This document shows positions 1 through 11,698 of a stretch of 64,000 nt of DNA, one piece after another (position 1 is the first letter of the stretch; every line of letters starts with the position of its first letter). This stretch comes from Vermamoeba vermiformis (lineage: Eukaryota). Location of the stretch: positions 124,001 through 188,000 of the forward strand of contig JBEWZL010000243.1 in the NCBI GenBank assembly GCA_045837725.1. The letters run 5' to 3'. Both the position numbers and the translations under genes were made by a program. The notes beneath the pieces were generated by a model. That model saw only the letters and a program-made list of their open reading frames with translations, ran no database searches and was not told the DNA's origin.

Positions 1-3000
1 GGAGAGTACGTAAAATATTATTAAGCCATGAGGCATATCTAATATAGTCGTATTATTAGGATAGCACGTTTAATCCAGATAAACGGTGGATCTTGCAAGT
101 CAGCGAGGTGCATTTGAAAAATATTCCAGATGAAGCGCCCTTTAATACCTCCGACTTAGTATTATTCATTAATTATGGCAAACAAAAGCATAGCGCAGTA
201 ATTAGGAAAGGAACGCACGCTGATAAATGGAAACAATTAGAATGGTTTTATTTAATTACGTCAGAGCAGCTCGAAACAAATCACGTGATATTCGAAGGAG
301 ATGTGTCGAGTAATTTCGAGGAACAAGACAGTTTTGTTATTCCGATCAAATACGTGCTTCAGACGCTAGAGAACGAAAATACCAAGACCAATATTTATAA
401 GCAAGAATTGAACTTATCAGTCAACGACGAGTTCATTTCAACGCTCGAAATTCACTTCAAGCTATATGAAGAGAGCGATATTGATAAAGAAATCGAAGAG
501 GTTTACTTGGAATTAGAGTAAGATCCAGATCAAGTTTTGTAACGAAATTATTATAATTTACTAATTGTACTTTACTCATTTAGAGATATTCAAGAGCATC
601 AAACTGACTTAAAGGTTGCGAAGAAGGCACGCGATTATTTAAAAGAGGTAATTTAACTTTCTTAACTTGTTCGAGCGGATTTACCTCTGGTCTGAATTTC
701 TTACTTACAATTAATTATCCAAGGGCGAGCCTCGTCGTACTGGATTGGAGAAGTATCCATGGGCTAAAGATGATAATTATCCACCGCACGTTGGCCGATT
801 AAAGTTCTCAGCTAAATGGGAGAACTTCCAGCTCGAATTCGCCTCGATATCCAAACTCGTTAAATTGTCGATTATTAAGAGCTTTAGAGGTTGCGAGAAC
901 GATCTTCGCGAGCGCAATACGTTTGATGCGTACAGAAAGCCATTTGAACGGTACGAAATTTTATCAATTTTATTTTTTGTAACGAAATTATTTTGCTGGA
1001 AATTCTTAGTATTAATTATTGATCGCCCTGCATCATAGGTTACACAAATACGAGAAGTTTAGAGAGTTGTTTAAGCTACCGGATCCAGTCATTACAAGAG
1101 ATGAACGGTGGAAAAGTGACTATAAATTTGGCTTACAACGCGTTGGAGGATGTAATCCTTTGTTGATAGAGAAAGTAGGCAGTGCCAAGATTAGGTTAGT
1201 ATAGTATATATGTATAAATCGTCGTACTAACAGAATTGATTAGATCCGTACTTAATGGTGTTGATGAATCCAAATTGATGGTAGATCCGGCCAACAGCTT
1301 GAGATTCGAAGCAGATATCGAAAATAGATTCTATATGGTACTTATTCTATATTTATGGCATTCATAATCTCATTATTTCCTTGCAGGTCGATTACCGAGA
1401 AGTATTGAAGGATCTCATCGTTGCTGCAGGTGATGAGATTAAAAATCAACCAATGGTCCGACCTGTTTGTCTAATGCGCGTAGCTGATGACGATAAGCTC
1501 TATCCTGTTGCTATTCAATTGAACTGGCGACAAGATCTGCCGAACCCGATCTTCTACGCTGTGGATCAGAAAGACAATCCGGAATTATGGCTCTATGTAA
1601 AGATGTGGTACGTGTACAACAGCTAATACGCGTTAGAACGATCATATATTGAACAGAAGATAATATTTCCTTATTTGGCAATTCTTTGTAACGGATCTTC
1701 TTTAGGTTCCAAATGGCCGACGCAAACGTCCAAACACTTGGCTATCATACTGCATTAACGCACTTCATTGTTGAGGCTGTAACTGTCTGCGCGTATCATC
1801 ATTTGGATACTAAGCACCCGATCTTCAGGTACGGATGCTGCTGCAGAGAATACACTTGCACGTTATTTATCCACAATTATTTCTTAGAATTCTCAAGCCT
1901 CATTTCTACGGCACATTTATTTTGAACCAGAAGACGCGCACTCAACTCTTCCCGAACTATTTTGAACCTATTCTCGCGCTCGGTGCATCCAAAGAAGGTA
2001 ATGCATCTTTTGTTGTTGTATTATCGTTGGTATACTAATATATTATTACTATAGGAGGTTTGAAGCTTATTAATCGCATGTACAGCAATTGGCACTTCTA
2101 TGACCGCGCAGTGCCGAACGATCTGACGCGCAGAGGCGTGTTGAACAGCACTTTGAAATATTATCCTTATAGGTACTTTATATTGAATACGAAACAATAT
2201 ATATAGGATATGGTATTAATATCGATGATTTAGGGACTACGGTTTAAAGTTGTGGAACACGATCCAGTACGCGATCGAGTGCATTATTATGAAACTGTAC
2301 AAATCGAAGCATTCTATTCGCGAAGACACAGGTACTTATATTTTATTACTATATAAGGCTATTGTATTAACATATTGATATTTTTAGCTTTGCAAGCCTT
2401 TGTCGCAAGTTTGACATCCGAAGCGAAGTTGAAAGGAGTCCCGCCATGCACTTCAATTCAAGAAGTAACGTTTATATTAACTCAAGTACGTATATATATA
2501 TGATATTTATTATATTGATAATTAATATGGGATAATTGTTAGATTATTTGGGTCGCGACAGTACAACACGCGATCGTCAACTTTACGCAGTTTGAATTTT
2601 TGGGCTTTGTGCCTAATATGCCGTATTTAATTAACGGCGTGCCTCCGACCGATGTTAATACTAAGATGACAGAAGAAGATATTCTAAAGGTACTATTCTA
2701 ACGTATGAAAAGTGTTGTGGATCTGATCACTAACGCGGATCTGTTTTTATTATAGAGTTTGCCTGGATTCTACGAAACACTATTGCAAATGACTATAGCG
2801 AATATATTAGTGACTCCTTGTGCTATAGAACGGTCATTGCGTGAATACAAAGACGATTACCTGGAAGAAAAAGTAAGTCGGGATCTGGATGTGCCTCACT
2901 TTGATATGATCGATCAGTATTACGTACTATAGGAGAATAATAATATTAACGTTATAATACCTAGTTCGAGGCCATTCACAACGAGTTAAAGCAATCGTTA

Positions 3001-3158
3001 ATGGACTACGACAAACAGCTGGAACAGACACAAGACAAGGTAACTCCATCAAGTACTGATTTTAATATGGAGCTAATACTAACATATATTGCGATGAATA
3101 GTCCATCAGCATGCAGGCACTATTGGCAGCCAATATTCCGATGAGTGTTGCGATCTAG
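1..3158 (+). CDS. Lipoxygenase (multi-exon, 5' end outside window)
   Basis: Spliced exons give FGLQRVGGCNPLLIE, LYPVAIQL, WLYVKMWFQMAD..GYHTALTHFIVE..HHL..KHPIFRILKPHF, QHAIVNFTQFEF and C-terminal NIPMSVAI-stop (TAG 3156-3158). These include the iron-ligand His/His/His/Asn and terminal Ile of LOX enzymes. Confidence 0.93.
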
Positions 3159-3920
3159 ATCTGTTTAATTTGACTTCTTTGTTACTCGAGCTAAAACAAT
3201 CTTAACCACATTAAGTACTGCATTTTGATCATGTTTTATTCAATCTTTTGTTCCTAGAAAAGAGATTAGGGCAGATCCGAACTGTGGCTGGAAATTTGTT
3301 GTCACATCCGGTAAAACGAGCCACGTGATGAACGTATATTTTTTTGAGCAAGCTAAATCTTTATCTTTCGGAAGTCTACGAGGTATGTAGGCAGTTTCTA
3401 CTACTTGGCGATTGTCATGACACCGGATCGGGTGTGAGGTGTGGCATCAACTTCCGATTCAACTGCTCAATCTGTAACACAATAGGTTGACGCATATAAC
3501 AACCAATTCATCTGCACTGTATCCGTTATATGTATGCCATTTGAGCGACAATCCGTTCGAGTGTCCGATCCCTGCCTGGGCTCAAAATTGTGGGGCGACT
3601 TGTAAATGGCATTATTAAAAAACAATAGACAAGCAACTTGCTCATTCTCCGTACAATTTATGATAACAAAGTAAATTTGAATTTATCTTAATAGTTCCAG
3701 ATTCTAGGAGTTAAAAAATTATTCAGATCGCAGCCAACAAAGTTAAGCAACACAAAGAAATCAGAACCGAGATTTGGTTTGTTATTATATTTCCACCATT
3801 TTAATAGTCAAGCACGGCGATATATTAGCAATAATCGATTTGATGGAACCTGCACCAGGAAAAGAATCGGAAAGTACGACTATATCTCATTATTATTTAA
3901 TTAATTCAAAAAATTAATTT

Positions 3921-4967
3921 TTGGACAGAAACGCTTCCAATAGCAACAAACAAGGAAGAAATTCAGTATTTGGCTGTAAAAAAGAGGTTGATCTGGGAGT
4001 AAAAACAATTACATTTTCAAATGCTGTGGCAGCCAGGCCGACAATGAATGCACATCTAGTAGAAGCTATTAAGCGCAGTAAAATATTGACAGGCTTAATA
4101 GTCCATTTCAAAACAATGAACAACCATTTCGAATATTGGGATCAGATCGTGGATGCAGTCTTAGAGAACAGATCTATTCAAGCATTAACATTCAATAACG
4201 TTGTATTTTCAATGCATTGGAAGCCAATCAAAAGCCTCTGCAAAATATTAGAAGGAATGCAAGATCTGCATGACACTTTGACACGTGTCAACCCGAACAG
4301 GCCCGTCCGTCTTGCCTTACGGAAAATATCCATCAACGGAGGTAGATTCGCAACAAAATTCTTAGAGGAGTTAGTACAGACATTACGGCATAACAAAGTA
4401 ATCACACAATTGGAAATAAATTACTTGAAGGAACATCGGCCAATATTTGGTGAACAGGCACAAGTGACAGTAGTACTTAGAGAGCTCCGAAATAACGATA
4501 CATTGACTAAAATAGAAATGACTCGCGGAGTTTTGAAGGAAGAATCAGGATTGGTCGAATTTATAAAGGAAAACAGATCCGTCAAAAAATTGATTTTTTG
4601 CGCTTGTTCGTTTAGCGATAGTTATTGGAAATTAATAGAACAAGCAGCAGAAGAAAATAGAGTAATATCCGAATTGATCTTTACACCTGATATTGAAGCT
4701 ATCAGTGCTGCGGATGTCGATCTGCCTCAGACGACCATTCCAAAATCTCTCGAGAAAGTATTAAAACAGAATAAAGATGCAAGAGATAGTGCTAAGAATA
4801 ATATGAAGATATTAGTACGAATGATAGCAATCAGGCCTCGAGCATACCTTGACATTTTTCCTCCGGAGATCTGGCTGGAGATTTTGAAGTACATTCAGCT
4901 CCCTGGCGTCAAAAAATCATTCAATTACAAACTGATCAATGAATTCAATAATGTTATTACGAAGTGA
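3921..4967 (+). CDS. RNI-like leucine-rich-repeat protein with C-terminal F-box-like motif
   Basis: Repeated LxxNxxIxxLxL units (ENRSIQALTF, HNKVITQLEI, NNDTLTKIEM, ENRSVKKLIF, ENRVISELIF) and C-terminal LDIFPPEIWLEILKYI. The true start is uncertain. Confidence 0.7.
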   Translation: MDRNASNSNKQGRNSVFGCKKEVDLGVKTITFSNAVAARPTMNAHLVEAIKRSKILTGLIVHFKTMNNHFEYWDQIVDAVLENRSIQALTFNNVVFSMHWKPIKSLCKILEGMQDLHDTLTRVNPNRPVRLALRKISINGGRFATKFLEELVQTLRHNKVITQLEINYLKEHRPIFGEQAQVTVVLRELRNNDTLTKIEMTRGVLKEESGLVEFIKENRSVKKLIFCACSFSDSYWKLIEQAAEENRVISELIFTPDIEAISAADVDLPQTTIPKSLEKVLKQNKDARDSAKNNMKILVRMIAIRPRAYLDIFPPEIWLEILKYIQLPGVKKSFNYKLINEFNNVITK

Positions 4968-5197
4968 CGCGCATCCGGGTTCGGAACTGGCCGACTTTAA
5001 AAGTCGCGATTTCGAATAATTGAAACAGCGCTAAAACGAATAAACCGAGGAAATTACTGTCGAAAGATATCTTGTTTTGATTGCTTTTGGTTAAAATCGG
5101 TACCAATCGGCGTAAATTCCTCGAGTTTTCCCGTCAAAAGGTTCAAAAAACGGATTCGCACTGAAATTTTTGTTGTATTGAACTCAAATCGCTGAAG

Positions 5198-5749
5198 ATG
5201 ACCATAGACGAAAGCAAAATGTTTGGACTCAAGTGCTCCCTAGGCACTTACTTGCTGGTCTCTTGTGCCACACTAGCCCTGGTTTCAGTACCAGATCCAG
5301 CCTTTCTCGTGAGCTTGTTGAATATTTTAATAGCGCTATTTGGTATATTCGCTGTCGATTATAATAAGAGCAGGTGCGCTGCCATCATCGGAGGAATCGG
5401 TAAGGAAGAATTTAAGTCAGATCCCAAAATTCAATTTCGATTCAAATATTGCAGAATAATTTCTAATATGGTTATATATTCAGCAGGCATAATAGCAACA
5501 TTTTTCAATGTCGCGGTCGTTCAAAGAGACATAGACACGATAAATCAAGTGGATTCGCCGTTGTACTTACTCGACGAAAAGACACACGAGTATTATTTGA
5601 ACAAAACGTACTATCCTTTCATTATTGCGCTTGCATTCCATATGTTGATGGCAATCGAATGCTGTTTTGTCACTCTGCTCGTACTGTGGAAGGCAGTACA
5701 TCCAAAAGAAAATCAAATCCAAGAAGAAAAACTTGTGGAGAACGTTTAA
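5198..5749 (+). CDS. Small multi-pass (about 4 TM) membrane protein, unknown function
   Basis: ATG-initiated ORF with four hydrophobic segments. A probable in-frame intron lies at about 5400-5483 (GTAAGG...TTCAG). Confidence 0.6.
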   Translation: MTIDESKMFGLKCSLGTYLLVSCATLALVSVPDPAFLVSLLNILIALFGIFAVDYNKSRCAAIIGGIGKEEFKSDPKIQFRFKYCRIISNMVIYSAGIIATFFNVAVVQRDIDTINQVDSPLYLLDEKTHEYYLNKTYYPFIIALAFHMLMAIECCFVTLLVLWKAVHPKENQIQEEKLVENV

Positions 5750-5841
5750 ATCAACTGATATAGATGTAAATAATGTAAATATGTAAAATAAAATCCATAA
5801 ATATTGTTTATATAGCACATACGACAACTGGAGCTGAGTTT

Positions 5842-8246
5842 TTAGAACTGACCATCGAATCCGATGAATCCGGTCAACAAAAATATATGGAAATATGATT
5901 TCTTTTCTACTAACGAGCACCAGTTCCAAGCAGACGTTAAGCGACCGTCAATGCACGAGCCTGCATCGAAAAAGTTGTCGGCGCCAGATCCGTCGAAGGC
6001 GTGTCTGAAAAAGTCTGCTAAAATAGTCTTGCGCAGCTTATCAACGCCCCCATATTGTTCTACAACAGGCACGATCTTAGGATTATCCATCAAGCTCGGA
6101 ATTTTGTCCAAGCAAGACACGATCGGATTCAAGATGCGCGGGACTTGGTTGTACTTGTCAATGAACATCAATGCATTAGGCACGTTGTGATCGCCCAAGT
6201 GAATAACACTGCTGCCGACCCAGTGCTCGACTTTCTCTTGCACTTGACGCAAGATCCTGTGCATGACCTTGCCGACACGAGGAGCGTCTTGAACACGATT
6301 CAAGCCCTAGTAATGTCATAATTAATACTGTAACATACTATGGAAAAGATACGTAATTGAAATAGCAAGAAGAAATTAGGCTATAATTAGCAAGATTTTT
6401 TTGAGCATTGCGGATCGAGCAGATCCAAGCACGGTAGTGAGTTCGATTAAAATGTTACGATGTCGCGATAATGTTAAACTTACTTGACCCGTGTCCATCA
6501 ATCTATAGTAATTGCTCTCGCCTAACAAATCTTCTTCAGCGAGGTACCACAATTTGAACATTTCGTGACTGATCTCGCGCCACAACATGAGTGATTGCAA
6601 CACGTAGTGATATTGACGCGCGTGATTGTGACTCAAACGTGCACCACCGCGACCAGCTTGGATCGCCAAAGAAAACTTCTCGTCCTCGTCGTCTTCGGCT
6701 GAAAAGTAGTGCTTGAGATAGACGATCACTTTGTCGACGGCGTCACGTGATGTACGGAGGTACGCGTGATTGTCAGTGATTGAGTAGAGGCACTGTTTGA
6801 TCTCTTCGTCGGTGATTTGGGGCGATTGGTACTTCTTGCACAACGCGTCAATGGCCTTCTCTTTCAACTTGGACTATAGTAACAATTATTAGTATGCATA
6901 GGCCTGAGCTACTCGAAAGTGACCACTACACGTGGCTAAAAAATCAAAATTTCCGTTCAAATGAACATTATTTTTCAAATAAATATCTGCAAAATAGTGA
7001 TAATAGTAGTGTTGCTACATACCTCTTTGCTGACTTCATGACGGCTCTTTCCTTCAGACAAGATCTCGCGAGTAGCAAGAGCCATGAGCGGATCAGTCAA
7101 CAAATCTTCAGCATCGCGATCAGCGAGGTACGAGTGCACTGTAGTCATAGGCTTGACGACTTTAAAGTTCAACAACTCTTGCACGTGTGGCAGCATCGAG
7201 TCTTGAAGCATGTAGATCAACTTGCCGTACTCGCTGCGCATTTTTTCAGGGTTCATAACCTTGTAACGACGTCCAATTTCTATATAATAATATTAGTATT
7301 AATTTATCTAAGCCAGAAGAAAATTTTTGAATTCATCATTCGAAAAAAGGCCGGTACAAAATGCTGAAATTTAAGGATTTTAATAACATTAGTATATTTA
7401 ATTGATGTATATTGATGCGTACCAAATACTTTTTGGAAGAAAGCTTCGTTATCAACAAAGTTTTTGTCCTTGATCATGACCTGTCCTTGGTTGTAATCAG
7501 CGGCAATCACCAAACCGCTCAAAATAGCGCAAATTTCTCTCAATTGAGCAGCCATACGTTTAGCCTATAATAATATAAATAAGATCGATCTCTTTAATGA
7601 ATTATAGTTCGGATCTTACCTTGCTTCCCCACGTAATAATGTCTACTTTGTCGGTGTATTCAGAGACGTGCATAGCTGCTTGCAACAGTCTCAACCACTT
7701 GCGTTCTTCGTAAGTCAAGCGCAGAGGAATATATTGAGCGCGATTAGCGAACCAATCCGGATCCTTCTCCAAAATGGATTCCAACGAGTTTGCAGAGTTA
7801 TTGGACGGTGCGAACTCGCCTTCACCATCGCTATCATCCTCCATATCAGGTTGACCGTTATTGTTGGCGCCCTTTGCTCCTGGAGCTTGTGCAGGTTTCT
7901 GATCGCGTAGCAAATCCGGTCTTACAATGTTCTTAGTGTGGCCCTTTCTATTACCCTTTTTATGCAAGGCTTGGAAGCAGACGTCGCAGTAGTTGTCCTG
8001 GCATTGTACGCACGTTACAGCCCACGGCTGGTCCTCGCATTCAATGCACATCTGGTCCTTCATAAATTGTTCATTTTTCTTTTCTTTTTGTTTTTGAGCT
8101 TCAACATTCTCAACGAATTCTTCTTTCATATCTTCTTGGTTGTCCAATACTGCATCTAAAATGCTCTTTGCGTGCTCGCGTTGAGCACGAGTTCGCGGGC
8201 TAAGTTCGCCATCGCGATCGTCAATTGACATCCGGTCCTGTTCCAT
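5842..8246 (-). CDS. UPF0652/DUF2009 family protein with N-terminal B-box zinc finger
   Basis: CIECEDQ..CVQCQDNYCDVCF..LHKKGNRKGH B-box; YIPLRLT..ERK.LRLL.AAM.VSEYTDKVD; MNPEKMRSEYGKLIYMLQD; RHAFDGSGADNFFDAGSCIDGRLTSAWNWCS. Confidence 0.88.
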
Positions 8247-8792
8247 TGTAAAGTGGCTCTAAATAGTATAAAAATAATTAATATTTGGGTGATAGGGGTT
8301 TTAATAATAATTGAAAAGAGAAGTTATATTTGCAAAGAGGAAATTTGACCGTTAAGAATTCAAAAAATAGAAAAAATACAAGTAGTCCACAAAATATTAT
8401 GGGCACTATATCGGTAAGTATTAAAAATAATATTAAATAATTTTTGATTTCGGTTAGTCTTTTAAAAATTAGGAAAAAATCACGATCTAAATTTACAAGT
8501 CAAGACATTTACCTATGCAAAATGGTAACGTACTTTTGTACTTTATATGGCCTATTGTGAAGAAGATTTGTGGTAGTTACACCAAACAAATCACTGTTTG
8601 TAACTTGAGAAATTTAAAAAATATTACGTGGATCCCTGGTTGACTGACGAAAAATTTCAACCTACAAATTACCCCCTATCTTACCGTATAGATTAGTGAG
8701 ATTTGTGTGGGTTAATTCTGTGCGGAATTCTTGCTGATCCGAGATCTCAACAATAAATTAAGTATTTATTACAAGGGTGCACTACAGCTCGA

Positions 8793-11462
8793 TTAGTGCG
8801 TATATACTTGGTACTGAGGGTTTGGCGACTTATTCAGAATAAATTGCGGCGGAAGAACAGTTGGTATGCTCGTGTAAAGGCTCTTCAGTTTGCCGTTAAT
8901 CAAAAACATTGCCAACACGAATTCTTCAATATCCAAGGCACCATCTTGGTCTTGATCCGCAAGTTCCCTATACAATAGTTAGATATAAATGACTTGCTGT
9001 TAAGAGTTCACCGTACCATATCTGCGCCAGATCGTCTTGTGGCAAACCAGATCGGTTAAAGAAAGCGTAAGCAGCAGGGCCCTCAATAATGCCAGTATTA
9101 TTAACATCTTCGCGCTTGAAAATTAATGAATATTTCGTTCGTTCTTCAGCCGGAATTTGAGGAATATCACTGAGTGACTTTCCAGATCCGCTGCTAGATG
9201 GGACAGGAGTTGTGGCCATTGGTGCAGGTCGACTTGGAGCAGCTTGAGGTGCAGCAGCAGCTTTAGGAGGTTGTTTGGGTGGGGCACCAGGATTGCCGTA
9301 TGTAGTAGAATTGTTTGGCAATGTCTGCGTGTAATTAACTGATGCGCGAGGGGGTAAAGACGGGGCTGCACTGCCGTTAGCTTGAGGCATCATAACTGAC
9401 GCTCGTTGAGGCAATGAAGGAGGTGGCGTGCTAACATCACCATTTGACTGGCTCATCATAACTGACGCTCGTTGAGGCAAGCGGGGTGGTGCAACATCGG
9501 AGTCGGAATTGGACGGCATCATCACTGACGCGCGTTGTGGCGGTCGAGGTGGCGGGCTTTCAGTGACTTCTGAGTTATTGATAGCAACTGAAGCACGTTG
9601 TGGCAATCGTGGTGGACCGCCGTCTGCTCCCAAACCTGGCAGCCTGAACCCTTCTTTGACTGGCGAGCTGGTCGGATTGGTGTTCACAGCCATCGACGCT
9701 CTGCTTGGCAGTTGTGGTGGACCACGTGGTGACGTGTTACTAGCATCGTAATTGCTCGGTTGAACACTGTTTGGTGCAATTGTCATGCGATTAGCACGGG
9801 ACGGAACAGGTGGACTTTCATCGTGACTGCTAGTACTAGCTCCGACAGTGTACGAGCGGTCACGACTAGTCGACGAAGTGTCCACTGTGCGCATGGGAAA
9901 TGGTGGTGCGTCATTGCTGGGCATTGCAACTGACGCCCGTGCTGCGCGTGATGGCAGTTGTGGTGCTGAAGATTCGTACGAAGGCGATGGTCGTGAAGGA
10001 ATTGATGGTGCTTCAGAAGAGGCACTAATAGCGAACACCAACACTTAGCTATAGTGCTATGGTGAATTAAAGTCAACTTACGCTCTGTTTCTGTGTGCCG
10101 GTGGAGGCATTTGTGGCTCTTCTTGAATACGCGGGGACGAGACACGCGGTGACGAATCACGAGGACTATCACTATAGACTACATTAGGACTTAAGACAAT
10201 AACAGCAGCATTAAATAGATTATAACGTACCCGACGACATTGAGTGACAAAGAAAAGGCGTCACCACCAGTAGGCACAGAATTCTTAAATGCTTTCAAGA
10301 AGCGCTGGTACATCACTTCTTGCGAGTCCAAAAACTATTTGTGAATTAATATCGTGTAAATATTATGACAATTTGAATTGTGATCCTTGCGACACGTACA
10401 CTTCTGAAGAACTTTTCAAAGTCCAACATCTTCCTATCGCAAAAATCTTTGAGATCTCGCGTGACAGTCTCGCTCTCTCTTTCGTATGCTGATTTGGCTA
10501 AATTATATCGCTCAGAATACTAGCAAAATAATTCCGATTAGATCAGATCTCGCGAGTTAGAATTCAACCGTCTTTAGCTCTTGGACTAATAAATAAATAG
10601 TAGTTATAACGTACTTGTTGAATCTTAGGGTCATCTTGTTTAGCTGATGTGTAAGTCTTCATGCTCGATTTGTATTCAGACAATAATTTGTCGCGTTGCG
10701 ATATGCGTTGCTATATTGCCATTAAATTAGAGTCATAATTAAATAAATATATTTCTAGTAAAATCAACTTACTTGCATAGTTGCAAGCGCTTCTAAATAT
10801 TTTTCTATTTGTCCATCCAGTCTAGCTTGTTCGCCCTATTGTCCACAGTTAATTAAAATTAATTAGATATCATTAAAAATATTATTACCGAATAATCTTC
10901 AATCGCTTTCTTAATCGGAATGCTAGCACCTGCAATTGCGGATCCACCCAAAGAACTTTCGCCATGACAAAATTGTCCGACGCTGTATGAGAGCTCTTCG
11001 AGGGGTTTGATAATGCCTAATATTGATAATTATAAATATGAGCCGTTCGCAGGTAATTGTAAAAGAAATCTTTGTCGTGGAAATTTGACAAAAATTCGAT
11101 CGAAATTACAAAAGTGTAATAATTTATATAATTGCAACGGTTTGTACAATAGCAATTACGTATGCATTATTTAACGAATATTATACTAAAAAAATACCTG
11201 AAAGTGCTTTGACGTATCTTCTTGTTGCATCCAATATTTCGTTTACGTCCTTTTTGATATTTTTGAATTTAGTCCTTAATTGTTCAAATTGAGCTTCTTC
11301 TCCTTCGGGAGTACGATCTTTTTTGTCTTTATCATCCTTTGGCTTGAAGATCTAAAAAATTATGGATCAGATTAGTCTTCCATGGCCCGCTTCTTCATTA
11401 TATATTGCTTGAATGTGCTCAAATTACCATGTTAAGCTTACCTTTTTGATTTTCGAAGCCAT
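8793..11462 (-). CDS. Endocytic adaptor: N-terminal BAR-like helical domain, proline-rich repeats, C-terminal EH domain
   Basis: Start MASKIKK; helical exons such as EAQFEQLRTKFKNIKKDVNEILDATRRYVKAL; long Pro/Ser-rich exon; EH domain KYSLIFKRED..GII.G..A..FF.RSGLPQDDLAQIW/ELADQDQDGALDIEEFVLAMFLI..IPTVLP. The BAR call is weaker than the EH call. Confidence 0.8.
9340..9970 (-). repeat. Imperfect coding tandem repeat encoding PxxPxRAS[V/M] motifs
   Basis: About 7 copies, e.g. PPRLPQRASV, PPRPPQRASVMMP, PPSLPQRASVMMPQ. Near-identical DNA 'catcataactgacgctcgttgaggcaa' at about 9388 and 9454. Confidence 0.85.
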
Positions 11463-11698
11463 TGTGGTACTGTCTTCGTGCAATAAATGGGTAAACAAAA
11501 ATCAAAATCTTTGTTGAAGATACCCAAAGAGCAATATCATAAAGGAATGGGTATTCCTGTCTTGCTCATCTAAACGTCGCACAATTATGTAGGTAAACCC
11601 GCCGTGTTCTTTTACGAATCCAGCCCTGGTTGACGCCCGAGTCTTGAACCAAAACTTAAAAGTGTGAAGTTGCGTTTATTTTCAATTCAGCACCAAAT

